In this document: one piece after another, positions 57,140-64,000 of the stretch
Numbering within the stretch: the first letter of the stretch is position 1
Layout: every line of letters begins with the position of its first letter
Assembly (NCBI GenBank): GCA_951406725.2
Contig: OX597823.1
Span: forward strand, 92,070,001 to 92,134,000
From: Octopus vulgaris
Taxonomy: Eukaryota
Direction of reading: 5' to 3'
Length of the DNA: 64,000 nt
Notes under the pieces: generated by a model
Told to the model about the DNA's origin: nothing
Databases searched by the model: none
What the model saw: the letters and a program-made list of their open reading frames with translations, nothing else
Position numbers and translations under genes: made by a program

Positions 57140-60059
57140 CAATATGTATCGTCGCTGTGTATGTATACTTTGTACAGTTGAAAACAATTCTCTTTAGCTC
57201 TTTAGATATTCATGACCACTGGGAATTTCACTGATAAAATATGCCCATATTCTGTATGAAGTCAGCTTTCATAAAAATCTATAAACAAGGAGCGGTAAAA
57301 TATCAATTTCACTGTTCTTGATAAAATATTTTAACAGCAAACGCACGATGTACAGCAGTAACAGCAAAATGACGGGACGAATAATTAGCTATATGAATGA
57401 ATAACTACCATTTGTCTAGGGTCGCTAGCGCTACATCAATCTGCCCCCTGTATAATGGAGTAGCTGGTAAGTAATATCGAGGGTATAATTATGTAAGATA
57501 TAATTTAACATCACATGTTACCGTTGCTGGCGAACGGAACATACGTGCAATAAGGTTTCCCTTTGCAACCGTCTCTCAAAGAAGCTTGGTTTATTGAAGT
57601 AACTCTGTGAATATTGACCCTTACCTTGACAAAAACATATCTCTCTATCTATATAACGCACCGTGGCAATGGATTTCTCTGAATTGTTCATTTCCTTGAC
57701 TGAAAATTCCCGTAAATATTTCTTTGTTAGATTGCGTTGATGCCTAGACCCTCATAAATCAAACGATGCATATAGCTCGGACTCATCCATTGCTTTTGGC
57801 AAATTTAGAAAAGATCTTCCCATGGGTCGCATACCTGCATTCTATGGTGTCCGAGATCCCAACATTCCCAGAGAAGGGAGCGCCGGCCCTTTGCAGGATT
57901 CATAACCAACGATTTTCAAGGGAGGAAACAAATCGATTACACTGACTCAAATAATTGATCTGTACTTTATTTCATCGATGTCAAAGCCGCCTGGACTATT
58001 GTTGAACTTAACTGGATTTGAACGTAAAACGAAATACAACTTAGCATTTTGTTCAACATGTTTATGATTCTGCTAGCCTGACTTTTCCTTTATTTGGTAC
58101 CGGTGCAAATTTCATGTGAATAATAACCTGCCTAACAACATTTGTGCTGAGAAAAGGAAACAAAAACAACGCAAACAAGGAAACCTAATGAGTTTTTAAT
58201 CTCACAACGTCATTAAAATGCAATTTGTATCTGTCGATTTGGCTGAGTGTGTTTGTATATATAACGGATTATGTCAACATTTGCTTCAGCGACCCTAACT
58301 CTATTCCACAGAAAGCCAGGCTTTGACGCTCTGTTGATCGTATTGCTCCACGGCAAGAGAAAAGTGAATCCCTAATAACGCTTGCTCGCGTTGATAAATT
58401 AATTTCCATTCACATAATCCCGGTTTCAAATTTTGAAACAAGGATAGAAATTTCAGGGGGATAAGGTTAAGTCGATTGCATCAACCGCCAGTGTTCATTT
58501 AATATTTATTTTATAGATCCTGAAAGGTTAAAAGGCACAGTCGATGTAATTTGAACTCAGAATGTAACGGCAGACGAAATACGGCTACGCATTTCGCCCG
58601 TTGTGCTTAACGTTTCTGCCAGCTCACCAATTTAGACTAGTCACAAGATATTTTTCATATAAAATTACTTGATGCATATGTAAATATATTTTGGCCTTGC
58701 TCTGATATTAAATCTTATTATTCGTATCATACCGAGAGCGGCGTTCTGGCAGAACCGTTAAAACAACAAGTGCTATTCCTAGGTGCATTTGTTCAGGTTC
58801 TTTGGTTTTGCGTTCAAATCCCGCCACGATCTACTTTCATCCTTTCGCATTCGATAAAAGAAAGTATTAGTCATGTCTAGGGTCGGTGTAATTAACTAGC
58901 AACTCCACCAGAATTTCAGACATTGTACCTGCAGTAGAAAGGATTATTATAACATCGTTAATCTCTGAATTTCCATATTATCAATGTTTTATGTGAGATC
59001 ACTGAAAGATCTACTAGATAATAACATCTCTGAATAACAACAATGATGCGGTGGGTTTGCTATGAAGGTGACTATTTTAACATAGTTTTCTACGTTTATT
59101 TTTTAATGTTTTTTACTGTTATTCACTATTATACTTTTTCATGTGAGTGTTTTATTAGATCTTTTTAATATCAGCGTGATATTAGTGGTCCATAGTTGAG
59201 AATATATCTACTATATAAACATTTACAGTTATTGCTGTCTTATTAATTTAATCCTCTCTTATACGTGTCAGAGATCACCTGTTTCTTTTCCAACCTTGAG
59301 TTAAGCTTTGGGACTTGCATTTTAAACATTTTGGAGCACCATATATTAACATATCCATTGACGTCAATCATATTTAGAGGAGGTACATTCCCCCATAAAT
59401 TTTCATAGATTTTCCTTTAGCGTTCAAGTCTTCGTGAAAATGTTAACTATCAATATACATCGTTATTTTGATTCCTGCTGTTTTGTCTGTTGGAAATAAT
59501 TTCATACTTGTCTGACAGTCATAAGCATGCATTTTTAAATGTCTTCTCAGCTGATTTAAATCAACAGAAAATGTTGTTCTCATCTAACTCCAAAGTAATT
59601 TCTGGTGATGTCTCTCACTGAGGGGACACAGCCATAGCAAAACACCGGTGTCTAATAGTCTATTAACGTAACTGGAGCGAATGTGTTATTTATTATGTAT
59701 AAGTTTTCCGAAGGCGAAGCCCAACGGTGAAAAGCATGTTACACCTTGAAGTCTGCTGCAACATGCAGAGAATTTGATATAAGCATTTTGTTTCCGCTTC
59801 TAGATTTGACTTCCCAATATGTTAATATCGTGGTGACGTTTAGAATGCAGGTGTGTGATAAAATGGTGCAAAGGGAAAACCGTGTCATCGATTCATTGAA
59901 AGGGGTTACAGCGCATGTAATTTTAGGTTTGTAGGGACGTGTGGCAGACTGAAAAATCATCATTATTGGTTTTTGTAACCTTTAAGCTTTAGATTCATAA
60001 TCTGCAGAACCATGCCCACGTTAGTGAAATTTGGTTCTCCCTGATATTCGTGTTCTTTA

Positions 60060-60350
60060 GGTGTCGTGTCCACAACGTAGCACATATGCGATCATGTTCT
60101 GCCCTCTCACAACTATCTGTTTTTTTTTATTTTTGCTTTCTGTAGCAGCTCCACTTCCTGATATTTAATGACTCTTCCTTCCAACCATTTCGTCAAGATT
60201 GTCCCCTATATCACTCTGCTCCCACCTCTGCTTCATTTCCCTCCACTTTTCCTAGTCATCACTAAATTCTTCAAGCTTTCTTTCCTTTTCACATAAGCAA
60301 GAAATCTTAGTTGCTTGACCCTTATCTCACGAATCAGTTGCCTATTTACC
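60060..60350 (-). mobile_element. RTE-like LINE 3' fragment
   Basis: Minus strand RQLIREIRVKQLRFLAYVKRKESLKNLVM...(VEGK*SRG) resembles the RTE C-terminus (RQLRFLGHV.R...GKR.RGR). Confidence 0.6.
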
Positions 60351-62400
60351 GCAGACCGGGTCATCACATTTGATTAGACATGAAAAATAGTATGGGGGCT
60401 ATTCTATAGAATCTGTAGAAGTTAATGGTAAGGTTTAAGTATTTTTTCATTCATTCCTCGTGAGTCCTAGTAGTTTGATAACCAGTGATGTTCTTTCTGT
60501 CTCCATACTCCTGGCTTCAGGAGCCAAGCATTGTACCTGCTTAGCGTATTTGGGATTTTTCTTGTCCTGGAGATCGTTATCCTGCTTGTTGTTATTGAGG
60601 ATGGTAGTGTCCCAAAGGATTGTGGCATTTTCCCGTGAATGTGCTTGATTGCTGATCCTGTATCTCTGTCACCTTCATTATGAGACTCCAACATATTTTC
60701 CAGTGTAGTTACACTAACGATTTTTTTAATACTTGTGTTCGATGGCTTCATAATATTTTCCGGAGATCTCATAATATTTTGCGGATCTCCTCCAGCCTTA
60801 ATGATTCAATGGCGATAGGATCTAGTTGAATGACTGATACAATGCGCCAGTTATTCGTTCCCACCGTCTCTGATTTCTGTCCGATGTTCTTATTTTAATT
60901 TATGTGTATTCACCAAACCACAGACTAATGTTCTGTGAAATTGGGAGAAGTACAACGTTTAGTTCCCGCTTTGCATATCCTGATGCATTGGCAGAAACAA
61001 CCAGGACAAATGTAAATGGCACTGAGTCGGTTACAACGATGAGTGTTCCAGCTGATCGCATCAATGGAACAACCTGCACGTGAAATTAACGTGTAAGTGG
61101 CTGAGTACTCCACAGACACACGTACCCTTAACGTAGTTTTCACTGAGATTTAGTGTGACACAGAATGTGACAAGACTGGCATTTTGAGTTTTACCTACAA
61201 CTCATTTTTGCCAGTGAAGTGAACTGGAGAAGAAATCGAATAAAGTGTCTTGCTTAAGGACACAACGCACAGCTGGGTATCGCCCTCACGAGCTTACACT
61301 TGTTAGCCTAATACCCTAACCATTAAGCTACACACATTCAACCAAGATAAATAGATAGGTAGATAGATATACAGATAGATATATGGAGATATGACTCAAC
61401 TAAGTTAGGATGTCATCCAGTGGCTCAAGTAAAAGAAGGAAATGATACTAAAAAGCGTAAAAAATTCCGCAAAATATAACAAAAATATCAAATTTATTTG
61501 TTAGAATAACAATATCGCAAGGTATTTTCTGCAACATTCTAACAATTCTGCATGCTCGCCGCCCAATTGGATCTATCAAAGGTGCCTACATCGGTTGTCA
61601 CTTCAAGGGTCTCGAAGGAAAACACACAAACCCACGGACATATTGGTCCCCAAGTTACAAAGTTAATCTCAGTTAATCCGTTTTTTAACTCTTTATATTG
61701 AACATGGAATACTCCATCAGTTGATTAAGTATAACCATTCTGATTTCTATCTACAACCAAACTGCGTTTGCATTGACATATGTGTAAACACATATATGTG
61801 TATATGATGGTTTATGTGCGTTTCTGTTCATATGCATATATACGAGCGTGTGCGATTGTTTTCTAAAAATTAAAGCTGTTCTTTTCATCGGAGTGTGTAT
61901 GTATGTGAGAAAAACGCATACAAAATACGTTCATTACATTTGTGAATCGTAATATTTTTGAAAACATATTTCTATATCTACTTTTTTCGTTTGTACTGGA
62001 AAATATATTCGTATTATTTCCTATTTTGTATATATCTTGTAATATTTTCTTCACACAAGAATGATAATATCTGAACAAGGAAAAACAAAGAACAAAATCA
62101 TAAACCACAACGGGAAACAAAAACAAAAACAACAACAGCAGCTAATAGTAATATCAAGAGAGAAAAATGAAAATAAGAATGTAATATTTGTAAATATATG
62201 TAAATAATTTTGTTTATTTGTGAAACGAAAATTAAAAAGAAAATGAAATGAATGTGTAATTCTCTAACGAATAACTTTGATATTTTTGTTATATTTAGCG
62301 GAATTTTTTCCGTTTTTTGGTTTCATTTCCTTCTTTCAGTTGAGTCACTGGATGACATCCTAACTTAGTTGAGTCATATCTCCATATCTCTATGTATCTC

Positions 62401-62432
<32 letters not shown>

Positions 62433-62702
62433 CCTGTCTGTCTGTCTATCTATCTATATATCTATCTATCTATCTGCGTATTTATGCATATATGTATGTA
62501 TATAAATATATATATATATATATGTGTGTGTGTGTATGTATATACATATATATATATATGTATATATACATATATAGATATGTATGTATATGCATATATA
62601 TATATGAATATTTATGTATATATAAATTTACATACATATAAGTATGTGTATACGTAGCTATACTCATATTTGTATGTATGTATATCTATATTTATCTATC
62701 TA

Positions 62703-62767
<65 letters not shown>

Positions 62768-62771
<4 letters not shown>

Positions 62772-62930
62772 AGAATTCACAAAAATCAAAAGACGAACAC
62801 AGGTGGTGTAGACAGCAAACAGATGTATTTGAATAACGCTCGGCAAGTGAAAAAGTCTTTAACGTTTTGAGCCTACACTCTTCCACAGAAATGAACACAG
62901 AAGGAAACAAGGAGAGAATATAACGAATAT
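62768..62930 (-). mobile_element. Second copy of the 14822 element, with degenerate HHR (CTGTGGA...AAAAC)
   Basis: gagaatt..caaaaa..aaaagacgaa..acagatgtatt..gaaaaagtcttt.acgttt.gagcct.c.ctctt..acagaaa aligns by eye to 14825-14950; embedded in (TA)n. Confidence 0.55.
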
Positions 62931-62934
62931 GAGA

Positions 62935-62996
<62 letters not shown>

Positions 62997-63035
62997 ATGT
63001 GTGTGTGTATGTATGTATATATATGTATTTATACT

Positions 63036-63071
<36 letters not shown>

Positions 63072-63646
63072 CATATGCATATATATATTTATATATGTAC
63101 ATATGCAAGCATTTTCAAACACACATTCACACACGCGTTCATACGCATATACCTACATAGAGAAATATTCCCTCCTTCACTTTCTATTAGTCATCATCAT
63201 TGGAGTTATTTCCCCTTAATTTTGTACCTTAATTTTGTACCTACATTAATTCTTTAATTTAAAAGAAGGTAAGCATACATTTGTATAGCAGTTTTCAACT
63301 TCCATTCAAATGTAGTTAAAGTAACTATTATTATTATATATATTTTTGGGGGTAACACAAACATCACCACACGAACTGTGATAAACCAAACGAGGTTGCT
63401 AAAACAAACAACTACAGGAAGAACAACAGTTACGTATCTCAGTCAGGAATTCTGTATTTACTAGTAATGGTGTTTCGGAACATCTTCCGACACAGCTTCG
63501 TGTGGTAAAATAATGAATCTAGTTCATTTCGAATATGTAAATCCTGTGTCTATCTACGCAGTATACTGCATAAATACAAGATCAAACAAAATACAAGTGA
63601 GTAATTACTTACAGGCATACACAAGCACAAGAACGCACACGCATTT

Positions 63647-63689
<43 letters not shown>

Positions 63690-63690
<1 letters not shown>

Positions 63691-63890
63691 TAGCAGCTAA
63701 GCCGGATTTCACCATGTCAGTTTGGATGATGTGGCTGTAAAACCTGCTCTGTGTAAGCATTCGACTTGTTTGGGCACGCTTACGTTAAAAAACAATTTTA
63801 GAATGATTTTTTTCGGTCAAAACGCTAAAAATAATTGACCAACAACAGAAAAAAAACACACACTGGCTCACATATACAGGTACATGTATT
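63690..63890 (-). mobile_element. Probable Helitron 3' end
   Basis: Minus strand ends ggtgaaatccggcttagctgCTAG followed by T, inside (TA)n; 5' boundary uncertain. Confidence 0.45.
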
Positions 63891-64000
63891 TGTATCAACA
63901 AACTTAAAACAGGTGATCGATAACATGTTAGTTAGTTAGTTAGTTATTTAGTTAGTTAATTTGGCTTTAAAAGCAAATAGCAAGGCCATGTAGGGGGACA

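Noticed and set aside
59300-60060. Helitron Rep/helicase relic (RTKFH*RG, NACL)
   Set aside because: Motif resemblance too short and degenerate to call without a profile search.

Overview
AT-rich, repeat-saturated eukaryotic (animal) genomic DNA. The SINE families and very dense microsatellites most resemble octopod cephalopod genomes (recalled from memory, not checked by a search). Almost all ORF-track entries are artefacts of simple repeats. Supportable content: several tRNA-derived SINE families in many copies (some nested, some tandem multimers with a single TSD), decayed mariner, Tc1, Tx1/L1, CR1/L2, RTE, R4 and Gypsy fragments, non-autonomous Helitrons and MITEs, and three small + strand candidate exons that splice into one open frame ending in a stop, suggesting the window is mostly the large introns of a gene's 3' end. 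Most notable are several minimal hammerhead-ribozyme (HHR)-like motifs of the Penelope type in short non-coding elements beside (TA)n arrays. One lies inside a ~120-bp inverted repeat, one sits in the 3' part of a tRNA-headed SINE, and two share a variant CUGU(U/G)GA core. Boundaries of degenerate elements are approximate.
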